DNA from: a virus | Length of the DNA: 64,000 bases | Virus record (IMG/VR): IMGVR_UViG_3300044613_003659 | Location: 32,001-96,000 of that record | Strand: one strand, 5' to 3' | Shown here: positions 14,781 through 25,329 of the stretch, piece after piece | Layout of the letters: every line of letters starts with the position of its first letter | Numbering within the stretch: position 1 is the first letter of the stretch | Made by a program: the position numbers and the translations under genes | Notes under the pieces: generated by a model | What the model saw: only the letters and a program-made list of their open reading frames with translations | What the model was told of the DNA's origin: nothing | Database searches by the model: none

Positions 14781-14880
14781 TTTATTTCTCCTTGATTAAA
14801 ATTAACATACTGCACAAGTATGTATCACGATTATACCTTATGTTGCGGTGCATTTGCATCCATGGCATCATGATTTTGTA

Positions 14881-15072
14881 CTAGTGATTTTCTTTAGCAC
14901 CAGTGCCCCATTTTAGTTTTAACCACAATCTTTCGTGTATATAGTGAGCTATAGTCATAAAAATATTAATTACTATAGCACCACTCAAACCTGTCCATAC
15001 TGCTGTAACTAATGTAGCTACTATACGCCATGTTATCGCTCTGATAATTGTTCTTTTATGTGTTTCTGTCAA
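14881..15072 (-). CDS. DUF2061-like membrane protein
   Basis: ETHKRTIIRAITWR ... HERLW signature; TTG start with AGGAG SD. Confidence 0.75.
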   Translation of the reverse strand: MTETHKRTIIRAITWRIVATLVTAVWTGLSGAIVINIFMTIAHYIHERLWLKLKWGTGAKENH

Positions 15073-15110
15073 TTGTTTCTCCTAAAAAAAAGCCCCTTTC
15101 GGGGCAAATA

Positions 15111-15506
15111 TTATTTTGTTAGCTTACCTAACATTCGATATCCTTTTGCTGTTGGATGCACACCATCGGGTGATAGTTCAGGTATATTTATAAAAGTATC
15201 GCCATAACTTCGAGCAATCTTTTGTACTATTTCTTGTTTTTGTGGTTGATTGGCAGGCACAATCCAAAACACTCGATCAGATTTTACGCTATGCCTCAGT
15301 GCCACTAGCTCTATTTGTGTATTAAGTAATCTGTAGTCATTGCTGCCCAAACTGATAATTGTAGTCTGGGCAGGTTTGACTTTTCTTATATAGATGTTGT
15401 TCCAATCATGACTGTTAATACCACTTTGTGCATAGGTTACACATTCGGTTCTAACTTGACCAATACCTTTGGCGATACTGTCACCTACTATCAAACATTC
15501 TAACAT
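15111..15506 (-). CDS. SGNH/GDSL hydrolase-like protein
   Basis: GDSIA, LGSND and DGVHP blocks. Confidence 0.8.
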   Translation of the reverse strand: MLECLIVGDSIAKGIGQVRTECVTYAQSGINSHDWNNIYIRKVKPAQTTIISLGSNDYRLLNTQIELVALRHSVKSDRVFWIVPANQPQKQEIVQKIARSYGDTFINIPELSPDGVHPTAKGYRMLGKLTK

Positions 15507-15516
15507 ACCACTCCTA

Positions 15517-16137
15517 TCAAGACAAAGTTAAACTAGGTTGACTATCAAAGTCTCGAATTAAACTTTGTACAGTATTGGCATATACCTGAGTACTGTGAGA
15601 GTAATCAGCATGATCCACACCAACAGTCAATGCAGTTTGGTTGTCGCGCAGTGTCTTGATCATGTCTGCAGTTAGTTCAAAACGTAAAAAATGCACTGCT
15701 GCTGTTTTAACTTCGTTGCTACGATCAAGATCTTCGTCTGCAATTGCATACACAGGATCATGACCTTCTACTCGAACATACACACGGTCTTCAACTCCGC
15801 GTAGTCGAGCCAACTGTTGTTGTCTTACTGCAGGATCACCGTATTCAAGAGTGAGAGTAGCTTTTAGATTGGTACCTGTGGGAATCAATGGATTGTATGC
15901 ATCAAGTTCATCCTGGATTCCCTGCTTACTAAAAGTACGCTCAATCAACAGCATCTCTTGAATCTGATATTGAACTGTAACACGATCCTCAAAGTGCAAG
16001 GTCATGTTCATGCCCAATTTGATCTGCCTACGCTTACGGTGTTCTACAGCCAGACGCTTGTAGTCTGGACGTTTTGAACTGTACTGTTCAAGAGAATGTA
16101 GGTCTTGATGTGTAAGCATATTAGGCACTTTCAGCAC
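15517..16137 (-). CDS. DUF3501 family protein
   Basis: FEDRVTVQYQIQEML, ELDAYNPLIP, AVHFLRF; adjacent to rubrerythrin. Confidence 0.85.
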   Translation of the reverse strand: MLKVPNMLTHQDLHSLEQYSSKRPDYKRLAVEHRKRRQIKLGMNMTLHFEDRVTVQYQIQEMLLIERTFSKQGIQDELDAYNPLIPTGTNLKATLTLEYGDPAVRQQQLARLRGVEDRVYVRVEGHDPVYAIADEDLDRSNEVKTAAVHFLRFELTADMIKTLRDNQTALTVGVDHADYSHSTQVYANTVQSLIRDFDSQPSLTLS

Positions 16138-16555
16138 GATAGGTGTCTAGAGTTTTCTTGAACTTGCCAGCATGGCTACGCTCGGCCTTGGCCAATGTGT
16201 CAAACCAGTCAGCAATTTCGTCAAAGCCTTCGTCTCTGGCATCACGAGCCATACCCGGATACATATCGGTATATTCGTGTGTTTCGCCATGGATAGCACT
16301 TTCTAGAGCCTGTACGATATCACCAGCTGGCAAACCAGTTTCTGGATCGCCTGAACCGCCGGCAATTAGATATTCCATGTGACCATGTGCATGACCTGTT
16401 TCACCTTCTGCGGTATGACGGAAGATGTTGGCTACGTCAGTTGCACCAGCGATGTCGGCCATGTTTGCGAAATACAAATAGCGACGATTGGCCTTTGATT
16501 CACCTGCAAAAGCATCTTTCAAATGCTGTTCTGTTTTAGTTCCTGTAATTTTCAT
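16121..16555 (-). CDS. rbr: rubrerythrin (short form, no rubredoxin domain)
   Basis: [33 protein letters not shown]. Confidence 0.92.
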   Translation of the reverse strand: MKITGTKTEQHLKDAFAGESKANRRYLYFANMADIAGATDVANIFRHTAEGETGHAHGHMEYLIAGGSGDPETGLPAGDIVQALESAIHGETHEYTDMYPGMARDARDEGFDEIADWFDTLAKAERSHAGKFKKTLDTYRAESA

Positions 16556-16736
16556 TTTGATCTCCTTGTTGAAAAAGTGTTGCATTGCATTATATTATAT
16601 ATGACTATTAGGCCTATTGTCAACTCGTTTTTAATAGTTTTTTTATGAATATTTTTTTATTGTTCTAATAGAAAAAATCTAAGTCCGTGTTGTCCAATAA
16701 ATATTTGTGCTTAAGGCTTTCAATTATGGGTGATAA

Positions 16737-18410
16737 ATGAATCGATATGATGAACTTGAATTACTGATCAAAAAATTTACCAGACCGATACCGGACACAG
16801 AAGAATACAATAACAGACTACAAGAAGAATTAGAAATTATTGCAAAGTTAGGTTTTGCCAAACACTTTCTTCGTGTTAGAGAAATATTAGATTTAACAAA
16901 AGACATACCACACATTACCAGAGGTTCAGCAGGTTCAAGCTTGATATGCTACCTTATGGGTATTAGTGATGTAGATCCTATTCAGGAACGTATACCACTA
17001 AGTCGTTTTATGAATCCACGTCGTGATGACTTGCCCGACATCGACTTAGACTTTCCACATTGGCAGCAAGAAACTGTAATGAACAGAATCTTCAAACGGT
17101 GGTCCGGACAGAGTGCTAGAGTATCAAACTATGTGATGTATAAAGAAAAGAGTGCCGTACGTGAAGCAGCCAAACGTTATGGTGCCAAGGGTAGACTCAA
17201 ACGCAATTTCAAGCTTGAGGATGTAGTACCTGCTGAATATGTGGGCGAAGCAGAACGTCTGGCAGACAAGTTGTTAGGTAAGAAACGTTGCATAAGCAAA
17301 CACTGCGGTGGCATATTGATATTTGATCGAGCTGTGCCAAAGAGTTTGATCAATGGTGAAAATCAAATCTTGCTTGACAAATACGAAATCGAAGATCTCG
17401 AACACTTCAAGATTGATATCTTGGCCAATCGTGGACTGAGTCAACTGTGGGAAATAGATCAAAGAGATCTATTAGATTATCCAGAACACGACGAAGCAAC
17501 TGCTGCATTGCTCAGCAGAGGTGATGTGCTAGGAGTAACACAGGCAGAATCACCAGCAATGAAACGACTGTTTAGAGCAATACGTCCTCAAAGTCGTGCA
17601 GACTGTGTGCTAGGTACAGCACTAATTCGTCCTGTGGCCACACAAGGTCGTCGGCGTGCATCAGCGTTTCAAGATTGGACCCGAGATAATTTGTCTGAAA
17701 CTATTGTGTTTGAAGATGATGCTATAGAACTTATATCAGAAATACTAGGGTGTGACCAATATGAAGCAGACATGTGGCGTAGGGCATTTGCTAAGAAGAA
17801 CGAAGAGAAGATGTTTGAGTTCATGCAAAAGGTTGGGGATCATCCTCGTAGAGATGATGTGTTGTTGGCCTTACGTGAATTGAGTCACTTTGGCTTGTGT
17901 CGTGCTCATGCCATCAACCTAGGCAGACTAATTTGGGCACTAGCGTATCAAAAAGCACATAATCCAACTCTATTCTGGCAAGCTGCTCTCAAACACTGTC
18001 AAGGCAGTTATGCCAGATGGGTGTACTGGCAAGAAGCCAAACTGGCAGGAGCTGTTCCAGCTGTAGGTGAAGGCGGTGAAGTGGCAGACTTGTTACAAGA
18101 AGGTCGCTGGCGTAGTGGTAGATTTATCCCGGTATGTCAAGAAATTCGTAAACCCGGGCAGGTAGAATTCTGTGGCCTAGTTGCCAACTATCGTGTGTTT
18201 AAAAGTGGTCCCAAAGAGTACATTACTTTTGCTACTCTAGGAACCGGTAACGGTAGATACCTAGATGTGATATTACCACATGCCACCAGTTTTCATGAAC
18301 AGCCTATCTTGTGGGGAACGGGCAAGTTGGGGTATAAAAATAATTCAGAATATGTTACAGTATATCGTAGCAAGAAAATGAAACTTGCAGATATCGCACA
18401 TATAACATGA
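16737..18410 (+). CDS. dnaE: compact DNA polymerase III alpha-like protein lacking the PHP domain
   Basis: RGSAGSSL, PDIDLDF, HCGG, KIDIL, ALIRP, C-terminal OB-like segment. Confidence 0.85.
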   Translation: MNRYDELELLIKKFTRPIPDTEEYNNRLQEELEIIAKLGFAKHFLRVREILDLTKDIPHITRGSAGSSLICYLMGISDVDPIQERIPLSRFMNPRRDDLPDIDLDFPHWQQETVMNRIFKRWSGQSARVSNYVMYKEKSAVREAAKRYGAKGRLKRNFKLEDVVPAEYVGEAERLADKLLGKKRCISKHCGGILIFDRAVPKSLINGENQILLDKYEIEDLEHFKIDILANRGLSQLWEIDQRDLLDYPEHDEATAALLSRGDVLGVTQAESPAMKRLFRAIRPQSRADCVLGTALIRPVATQGRRRASAFQDWTRDNLSETIVFEDDAIELISEILGCDQYEADMWRRAFAKKNEEKMFEFMQKVGDHPRRDDVLLALRELSHFGLCRAHAINLGRLIWALAYQKAHNPTLFWQAALKHCQGSYARWVYWQEAKLAGAVPAVGEGGEVADLLQEGRWRSGRFIPVCQEIRKPGQVEFCGLVANYRVFKSGPKEYITFATLGTGNGRYLDVILPHATSFHEQPILWGTGKLGYKNNSEYVTVYRSKKMKLADIAHIT

Positions 18411-18703
18411 AATCAAGAATACACCTTTACCCACACACAGGACCCGGAACTCGCGGCTATATTGTGGCCGAACGATCTGCATTGAGATCATTAGCCAGGC
18501 ATCTCGAAGACGCTGCTAGAGGCATTGTTGGATTTGAAACAGTTCGATGCTATGGATCAGATGGGCACGAATACGAACTAGTAATAGTGTGTGATGTATC
18601 AGAAGATGAATGGCAAAACTTGCCGGTACCCGATGATAAAAATTCTGATCCCAGCAAGTTAACAGTGGTCAAAACTTTTGATGAACTAAGAGGAAATACC
18701 TAG
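18407..18703 (+). CDS. hypothetical protein coupled to dnaE
   Basis: ATGA overlap. Confidence 0.65.
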   Translation: MKSRIHLYPHTGPGTRGYIVAERSALRSLARHLEDAARGIVGFETVRCYGSDGHEYELVIVCDVSEDEWQNLPVPDDKNSDPSKLTVVKTFDELRGNT

Positions 18704-18892
18704 CTATTTCTTCTTGTAACTACTACACATCATTTCAAATTCTGACTGTTTAGACTGTATTTGTCCGTAGCTGGCTTTTGGATTACGCTGTCTGTATTCT
18801 TCTTTTTGTCTTTCAATACAGGCATCATATTCATTTGAACATCCTGCTAACGACATTAATACTAATAATACCACAACAATTGCTTGTAACAT
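18704..18892 (-). CDS. small lipoprotein
   Basis: Lipobox LAGC. Confidence 0.65.
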   Translation of the reverse strand: MLQAIVVVLLVLMSLAGCSNEYDACIERQKEEYRQRNPKASYGQIQSKQSEFEMMCSSYKKK

Positions 18893-18903
18893 TTTTTTAG
18901 CTC

Positions 18904-19149
18904 CTAAACGTATTCACCAAAATTCATTGGAACAAATTCACTGGCGGGTTTGAACACAGGTTTATTAGATTCTGGGTCAAATTTTATACTAAACCCTACA
19001 AGTTGACCTTCGTCAATTATTACTTCCATATCTGTAACTTGTTTACCCGTTTCCCGCTCAACTGCGGCAACAATAATACTCTTAGCTACTTCGGCATCTA
19101 TGTTTGCTGTCATTGCAACATCAATTTTAAAGTTATATGGCATTCGCAC
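18904..19149 (-). CDS. hypothetical protein
   Basis: AAGGAG SD. Confidence 0.6.
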   Translation of the reverse strand: MRMPYNFKIDVAMTANIDAEVAKSIIVAAVERETGKQVTDMEVIIDEGQLVGFSIKFDPESNKPVFKPASEFVPMNFGEYV

Positions 19150-19164
19150 TCCTTATACAATAAT

Positions 19165-19803
19165 TTATCTACTCATTAGATTATTAACAAAATCCAGCAA
19201 GTAACTGTGTTTTGGTGCTTGCCAACGTCGTCTCATCCATGAGTAATCTTGATACCAATGCTGTTCCGCTTCAGGATGACACCCAATCAGTCCTATTCTA
19301 TCTTGAATAATGGCCATTGGTGCTCCGTTTGGATATGATGCAATTGTTTCATATCCTGTGCCATAATAAGTACAACCATCATAAAAATACATACTTGTTT
19401 GCACACCTTGCCAATTTACTGCCATTTCTTTAGCGTGTGGCCTACGAGTGCAAGCGGTAGGATGTGTTATGTATTGTTGTACTCTAATACCATTCATCAA
19501 ACCAAAGTAATCTGTATCTGCCCAATATGCGCCCATACAAATGCCCAGATAATGACCGCCGGCTGCTACATAATTTCTGATGTCACGTTGATGTATACGC
19601 ATTAGATAATCATAACTATCTGCTTCGCCCACTCCGCCTGGCACAGCGATCAGATCTACATCCGTGAAAAAATCCGTTTCAAGCTCGTGTCGTGTGAAGA
19701 TTTTGAAGTTGTAATACTGCCCTAATGCTCTTATAATGCCGTTAGCCGACTGCACAGAGCATTTTGGTTGATGAATAAACAGAGCAATAGTGGCTCGGCG
19801 CAT
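19165..19803 (-). CDS. class I glutamine amidotransferase-like (BPL_N-type) protein
   Basis: VPGG, YLGICMGAY nucleophile elbow, GCHPE. Confidence 0.8.
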   Translation of the reverse strand: MRRATIALFIHQPKCSVQSANGIIRALGQYYNFKIFTRHELETDFFTDVDLIAVPGGVGEADSYDYLMRIHQRDIRNYVAAGGHYLGICMGAYWADTDYFGLMNGIRVQQYITHPTACTRRPHAKEMAVNWQGVQTSMYFYDGCTYYGTGYETIASYPNGAPMAIIQDRIGLIGCHPEAEQHWYQDYSWMRRRWQAPKHSYLLDFVNNLMSR

Positions 19804-19903
19804 GGTTGATATAATTTTACTTTGTATTTAGCGATAAAAAAAGCCCTTTCGGGCTATTTTGTGCTGGTTACGAGTTCCAGCTGCACTCTATCATTGTGCT
19901 CGA

Positions 19904-21310
19904 TTAAAAGTTCAATTGGCTTCTAAACATAATTGCTTGGTCGCCATTTACACGGCTACCTGAACTACCAACTAATTGATCAAACTTGGTGTCAACATAA
20001 TTGACGGTGAATCGTAGATTGTCAGTGGCAAACCAAGTTAGGCCGTATGTGATTGCTGTAGCACGGTTAGTTTTGCCAGCAACCACTGTGATCGGGCTAG
20101 CATCAAACTCACTGGCTCGTATACCCACTTGCCAAGCACCGCGTCCACCTTTGTCTACAGGATTAGCGGGTTTAACTGAACTAAACACCCCATCCCGATA
20201 GTTATAGCTTTCACCGGTTAAATTGTACACAGCTTGAACATAATAACCTTTAATTTCTTGATCTGAACCTGTAGCAGGATCGTATCGAAAGTTAAATTGT
20301 TCTGCTTGTACCTTGAATGCATTGTAAGCAAATGCAGCTTCTAAGCCTTGACGAGTTCTATTAGTTACGCCACTCAGAGCAGGTCCAGTGAAGAATGTAT
20401 TAGCTGAACGCGATTCTGTTCTGCCACTGGATGGAGTAACACCGCCTTTGATTTCACCTGTACTGTATGCAGCTCCCAAATGTGCAACGTAAGTTTTTAC
20501 ACCTTGTATGTCGGCAATATTGGTAGTAACACGACCAATATAGTCAAAGCCATCACTTACAGCATCCTTGTTGGCACGACCTCGGCTGGCTGCTAGAGCA
20601 TATGTAAAACCAGGTTTTGGTACACCATGTAACATGAAGCCAGTTTCCTTACCAGGAATGAACTCGCCTTCGACCTGGCCGATCAAACTACGCTCCATAA
20701 AGTCTATGTTATTAGAACTAGTTAATTGTTCCAAGCTGAATGGCATTTTGAATAAACCAAATTGAAACTGAGCTTCTGGATTAGCAGCGTAGTTTACCCA
20801 GGCCACATCCATGGTAGTAGTCGAACTTGATGCTCCAACATCGTTGCCTAAGTTGCCTACAATCTCATATTTGAAATCTTTTTGAAATTGACCACGTACA
20901 CCAAACCTAGCTCTACGTACTTCTGCTAGGTTCTGGTACGAATCCGTGGTTTGACCTGCACCATAAGCGGGTGAGTACTGACGATAGTCCATGTGTAATC
21001 GACCTGTAAGTTGGATGGTACTGTTTCCATCCTTGCTTTTGAGTCCGATTCCATTTTCAGCGACCGATCCATCGTTTGCTCTGGCTTGTCTGTATTTGAC
21101 TGATTCACTGACATCTTTGTCGATTCTTTGTTCGGCAAACTTTTTGTTTTCCGCTTTTTCTTCGTATGCTTTGACTTTAACATCATATTCTGTTTGTGTC
21201 AATACGCCTTTGTCTCTCAAGATGTTAAGTGTTTCTAAATACTCGTCTGCATATGCAGGTACACTGAATACCAAACTGATAGCCAATGCAATTTTTGTAA
21301 ATGCTTTCAT
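19904..21310 (-). CDS. phosphate-selective porin OprO/OprP family
   Basis: Signal peptide, VRRARFG, FKMPFSLEQLTSS..IDFMERS, C-terminal F; downstream of pstS. Confidence 0.9.
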   Translation of the reverse strand: MKAFTKIALAISLVFSVPAYADEYLETLNILRDKGVLTQTEYDVKVKAYEEKAENKKFAEQRIDKDVSESVKYRQARANDGSVAENGIGLKSKDGNSTIQLTGRLHMDYRQYSPAYGAGQTTDSYQNLAEVRRARFGVRGQFQKDFKYEIVGNLGNDVGASSSTTTMDVAWVNYAANPEAQFQFGLFKMPFSLEQLTSSNNIDFMERSLIGQVEGEFIPGKETGFMLHGVPKPGFTYALAASRGRANKDAVSDGFDYIGRVTTNIADIQGVKTYVAHLGAAYSTGEIKGGVTPSSGRTESRSANTFFTGPALSGVTNRTRQGLEAAFAYNAFKVQAEQFNFRYDPATGSDQEIKGYYVQAVYNLTGESYNYRDGVFSSVKPANPVDKGGRGAWQVGIRASEFDASPITVVAGKTNRATAITYGLTWFATDNLRFTVNYVDTKFDQLVGSSGSRVNGDQAIMFRSQLNF

Positions 21311-21319
21311 TTCGGTTCC

Positions 21320-22345
21320 TTATTTCCAAATTGGGTTACCATCAGGACCACGGAAATCTCGCTTCCAGTTTTCCTGAACTAGTTTAATTACATCGGCTGG
21401 CATGTGAACATACTCTAACTCTGTTGACATCTGGCCACCGTTCTTGTAGCTCCAATCAAAGAACTTGAGAACTGCACGACCTGTCAGTGCATCTGCTTGC
21501 TGCTTGTGCATGAGAATAAAACTTGCACCTGTAGCTGGCCAAGCATCCTTACCTGTTTGCCATGTCAGTAATAAATACATACCTGGTGCATTCGCCCAAT
21601 CAGCATTAGCGGCTGCTGCTTTGAATGTAGTGTCGTCGGGTAATACAAAGTTACCATCACGATTCTTTAGTGCTGCGTATGGAATCTTATTGCGTTTTGC
21701 ATATGCATATTCAACATAACCAAATGCACCTTTCAGTCTTTGTACTTGTGCTGCAACACCTTCATTACCTTTACCACCTACACCAACTGGCCACTTGACT
21801 GCTGTACCTTCGCCGACTGTCTTTTGAAAGTCTGCGTTGGCTTTACCCAAAAAGTTTGTCCAGATAAATGTGGTGCCTGAACCATCAGCACGATGAACTA
21901 CAGTGATGTTCATTGCAGGCAAGTTTACACCAGGATTCAAATCAGTAATTGCTTTGTCATTCCATTTGGTAATTTTACCAAGATGAATGTTTGCAATTAC
22001 ATCAGGTGTCAACTTTAGTTTACCTGCATCAACACCATCAAGATTGTAAACTGGTACAACACCACCAATGATTGCTGGAAACTGTACTAGACCTTCTTTG
22101 TCTAGTTCTTCTTTTTTGAGTGGCATATCACTTGCACCAAAGTCAACTGTCTTGGCTTTGATTTGACGAATACCGCCACCTGAACCAATTGACTGATAAT
22201 TTAAACCAATGCCAGTTTGTGCTTTGTAGGCTTCTGCCCATTTAGCGTAGATAGGAAAAGGAAATGTTGCTCCTGCTCCAGTGAATTCTGCGGCTGTTGC
22301 AGTAACAGCTAGGGTAGCAAATACAATTGCCAAAAGTTTTTTCAT
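21320..22345 (-). CDS. pstS: phosphate ABC transporter substrate-binding protein
   Basis: GAGATFP, YQSIGSGGG, DFGASD, HRADGSGTT, GKGNEGV; start at MKKLL. Confidence 0.95.
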   Translation of the reverse strand: MKKLLAIVFATLAVTATAAEFTGAGATFPFPIYAKWAEAYKAQTGIGLNYQSIGSGGGIRQIKAKTVDFGASDMPLKKEELDKEGLVQFPAIIGGVVPVYNLDGVDAGKLKLTPDVIANIHLGKITKWNDKAITDLNPGVNLPAMNITVVHRADGSGTTFIWTNFLGKANADFQKTVGEGTAVKWPVGVGGKGNEGVAAQVQRLKGAFGYVEYAYAKRNKIPYAALKNRDGNFVLPDDTTFKAAAANADWANAPGMYLLLTWQTGKDAWPATGASFILMHKQQADALTGRAVLKFFDWSYKNGGQMSTELEYVHMPADVIKLVQENWKRDFRGPDGNPIWK

Positions 22346-22397
22346 TCTGTAATCTCCATTTAATGTGCGATGCACAATAATATTTAAACACACTAAG

Positions 22398-22415
22398 ATT
22401 ACAATTCCGTTACAA
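22398..22415 (-). promoter_or_regulatory. Pho box-like direct repeat upstream of pstS
   Basis: TTGTAAC-GGAA-TTGTAAT, 11-bp period, similar to CTGTCAT-N4-CTGTCAT. Confidence 0.65.
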
Positions 22416-22445
22416 AATCAGGTTTTTAACAAATTATTTTGCCAT

Positions 22446-22471
22446 AAAAAAAGCTCGCCGAAGCGAGCTTT
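22446..22471 (-). terminator. intrinsic terminator
   Basis: AAAAGCTCGC-TTCG-GCGAGCTTTTTT. Confidence 0.85.
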
Positions 22472-22488
22472 TGCTTTGACTTCTACGC

Positions 22489-22758
22489 TTAGTCAACTAG
22501 GCCCATTGCAATAGCTTTGTAACCAGCTGCAATAATCTTACGGCTGGCCTTACCATGACGGTATTCGGTTACACGAACGCCATTACCTGCTTTACGGGTA
22601 TTAGCATATACAGGAAAACCTGCATAACGAATTTCGCTGATGGTAGCACGTGGATTCTTGATTGAGAATCGCTTTGTGATCTGGCTAGCAGTCAGGGACT
22701 CACCGTCAAGGACGAGAGCACGGAACAACTTTCCTTGTTTTGTGTTTAAATCAAACAT
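22489..22758 (-). CDS. small winged-helix DNA-binding protein
   Basis: LTASQI...PRATISEIR..GFPVY pattern. Confidence 0.6.
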   Translation of the reverse strand: MFDLNTKQGKLFRALVLDGESLTASQITKRFSIKNPRATISEIRYAGFPVYANTRKAGNGVRVTEYRHGKASRKIIAAGYKAIAMGLVD

Positions 22759-22809
22759 CTAATATCTCCTAAATTAAGATATGCTGTACGACAGCATTCA
22801 AGTATTATA

Positions 22810-23019
22810 TTAGATTGTTTTGGATTTTGCAACGACTTTGTTCTTCTTTTTGTTTTTTTTCTTTACCAAACTCCAAGAGCCATCTTTGTTATCCACCCAT
22901 TCTAACACATCACCTTCTTGCCATCCTAGATCGGCTAGTATTTCGTCTGTGAATGGCAGTAAAAGATCACCAGTAACTGGGTCTTCTTCCAGTGTAACAG
23001 TCCAACTCTTATTCGCCAT
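22810..23019 (-). CDS. AbrB/MazE-like small protein
   Basis: LLLPF.DEIL..LGWQEGDVLEW. Confidence 0.65.
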   Translation of the reverse strand: MANKSWTVTLEEDPVTGDLLLPFTDEILADLGWQEGDVLEWVDNKDGSWSLVKKKNKKKNKVVAKSKTI

Positions 23020-23180
23020 CTTTATCGCCGCGATTTCGAGCTGAACGGGTTTTAGCTGAACGTTCTTTAATTTTTACAAACTCACGAATTAAATGTCTTT
23101 CAACTTCTTTATTGAAGGACATAATTGCCATTGTTTTTTCAGACTTGTGAATTTTTACTGCTCTTGGATCGTATCCCATT

Positions 23181-23588
23181 TTAGTTTCCTTTCAGTTCAT
23201 TTATGTGTTTACAGCTCTGTCTAAATTGAAATCCCGGACATGTACATGACCAAGCATTGTTAGAATTAATTACAACGTATTTACTACCACGACTTCCGTC
23301 AACCGAATATATTTTTTCTTGATTTTTTGTTTGTGTTTTGCTTGCTATACGACCGTCTGCGTACACAATATCGATTACACGGTCAAGTGCAATTTCTCTA
23401 GTACGTACAGGACTGTCAAAATCTGTTACGATTCTAACAAAATTTGGGGGAGTAAATTTTGTTGCTTTTTCAACAATGCCAGTAATTGTTGTTTTGTTAA
23501 CTTTTAATTGTCCTATAACGTAGCTAGGAAACTCAAAAGTAATAGCAACTTTGCAACCTGGATCCGGATTAGAGAATTGTGTATTCAT
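23181..23588 (-). CDS. SWIM zinc-finger protein
   Basis: WSCTCPGFQFRQSCKHI. Confidence 0.8.
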   Translation of the reverse strand: MNTQFSNPDPGCKVAITFEFPSYVIGQLKVNKTTITGIVEKATKFTPPNFVRIVTDFDSPVRTREIALDRVIDIVYADGRIASKTQTKNQEKIYSVDGSRGSKYVVINSNNAWSCTCPGFQFRQSCKHINELKGN

Positions 23589-23632
23589 GCTCTTATTATA
23601 GCAAAGAGCTGAATTCTAGTCAATATGGAATA

Positions 23633-23995
23633 TTAAGGTAAAATTTCCCCGGTAAAACTTCCAGGTGTAGACCATTTTGGGTCTTGTAAAAATTCATTGA
23701 ATACCATGTCTAATCCTTCGAAGCTGAAATTTTCAGGAACCTCAATTATATAATCAGTTGATGTTGGTGAATAAGAAAGGCCTTCGGCTGTAAAAGTATT
23801 TAAATGAATTTCTCTTTGATACTTGATAATATTACCCCATTTTTCTACATCTTGGGGATATTTTTCTTTAATCCAGTCTAGCAACTCTTTTAGAATATAA
23901 TTTAAGCTACCAAACTCCGAATCTATTGATGTGTATTTGTCTTGAAATTTAAACGACAATTCATCTGGTACACTAATGGTTATACGAGCTCGCAT
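23633..23995 (-). CDS. hypothetical protein
   Basis: ORF track; TATAAATA upstream. Confidence 0.55.
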   Translation of the reverse strand: MRARITISVPDELSFKFQDKYTSIDSEFGSLNYILKELLDWIKEKYPQDVEKWGNIIKYQREIHLNTFTAEGLSYSPTSTDYIIEVPENFSFEGLDMVFNEFLQDPKWSTPGSFTGEILP

Positions 23996-24051
23996 ACGAT
24001 TTTTCCTATTATACAGTTATATTTATAAAAATAGGCACCTAAGTGCCTATT

Positions 24052-24366
<315 letters not shown>

Positions 24367-24771
24367 ATACGTTTACTTACGTAAAAACCAAATCATATCT
24401 AAATATTTTTGAAGATGTTTTTCTTGAACGGATTTAGCCCAACTTGGTTGTGGTAAATTCCACCCAATAAATGCACCTACCATAATCCAAAAAATTGTTT
24501 CTAACATTGTACGCTCCTTTGTTTTTTTACATTAGAAAACCATACAAAGCACACCATAATTCAAGAAGAACATAATATCCAGCATATGCTAGTATGCATA
24601 CCACTATTAAATCAACCACTGACCGAATATCATTTATTTTCATCGTCTTTGTTTTCTTTGATCCATTCATAATAGATTAAGCCTAATGCAACGGATATAC
24701 TACCAACTAGTAAAACTCCGAGCAAAAAGCCTACAATAAAATACAAACGGTTTACTTCATCCACCTAATAT

Positions 24772-25329
24772 TTATATCACTAAATGTTTGAAATAACTGT
24801 AATGTTGTTCAAGTGTCCAATTTTCAGAATCAATTTCTGTGCCATCATATGTAATAAATTGACTAGCAAAAACATTGCTGTAGCGACGAAATGGCAACCA
24901 CATGTCAGGAGTATGAGCAGCCCATCCGGCATCTTTTAATAACTCATGTTTGGATCTACTTAATCTTACTGTTGGTGCATTTAAACCTTGTTCAACTGTG
25001 ATTACATTTGCCAATATCAAATCACGTATCCTAGCTGCCGGTATGAGATGTTCAAAATCACAATCTTCGTCGGCGCCCACTTCGTAATAATGAGCTTTCA
25101 TACCATCACGTTGTTTAATACAGTATTCATGATATCTGCGTAGATAGTAATCAATATCGTTGCGTATTTCTCTTAGCAACTGTTGATCATTCTCAACGTT
25201 GTGATATTCTTCTACTAGCCTAACAATGTGCTTAGTGCAGTGTCCTGCTACCGTTCGATAGGTAGCAGGAGATCGCTGAGTCTTACCATAGTTTGGTGCA
25301 GTAAAATTTTCTAGCGATTCTTTAAGCAT
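24772..25329 (-). CDS. hypothetical protein with HNH-like FEHLIP motif
   Basis: CDFEHLIPAA; overlaps the upstream stop; start trimmed to MLKESL. Confidence 0.6.
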   Translation of the reverse strand: MLKESLENFTAPNYGKTQRSPATYRTVAGHCTKHIVRLVEEYHNVENDQQLLREIRNDIDYYLRRYHEYCIKQRDGMKAHYYEVGADEDCDFEHLIPAARIRDLILANVITVEQGLNAPTVRLSRSKHELLKDAGWAAHTPDMWLPFRRYSNVFASQFITYDGTEIDSENWTLEQHYSYFKHLVI

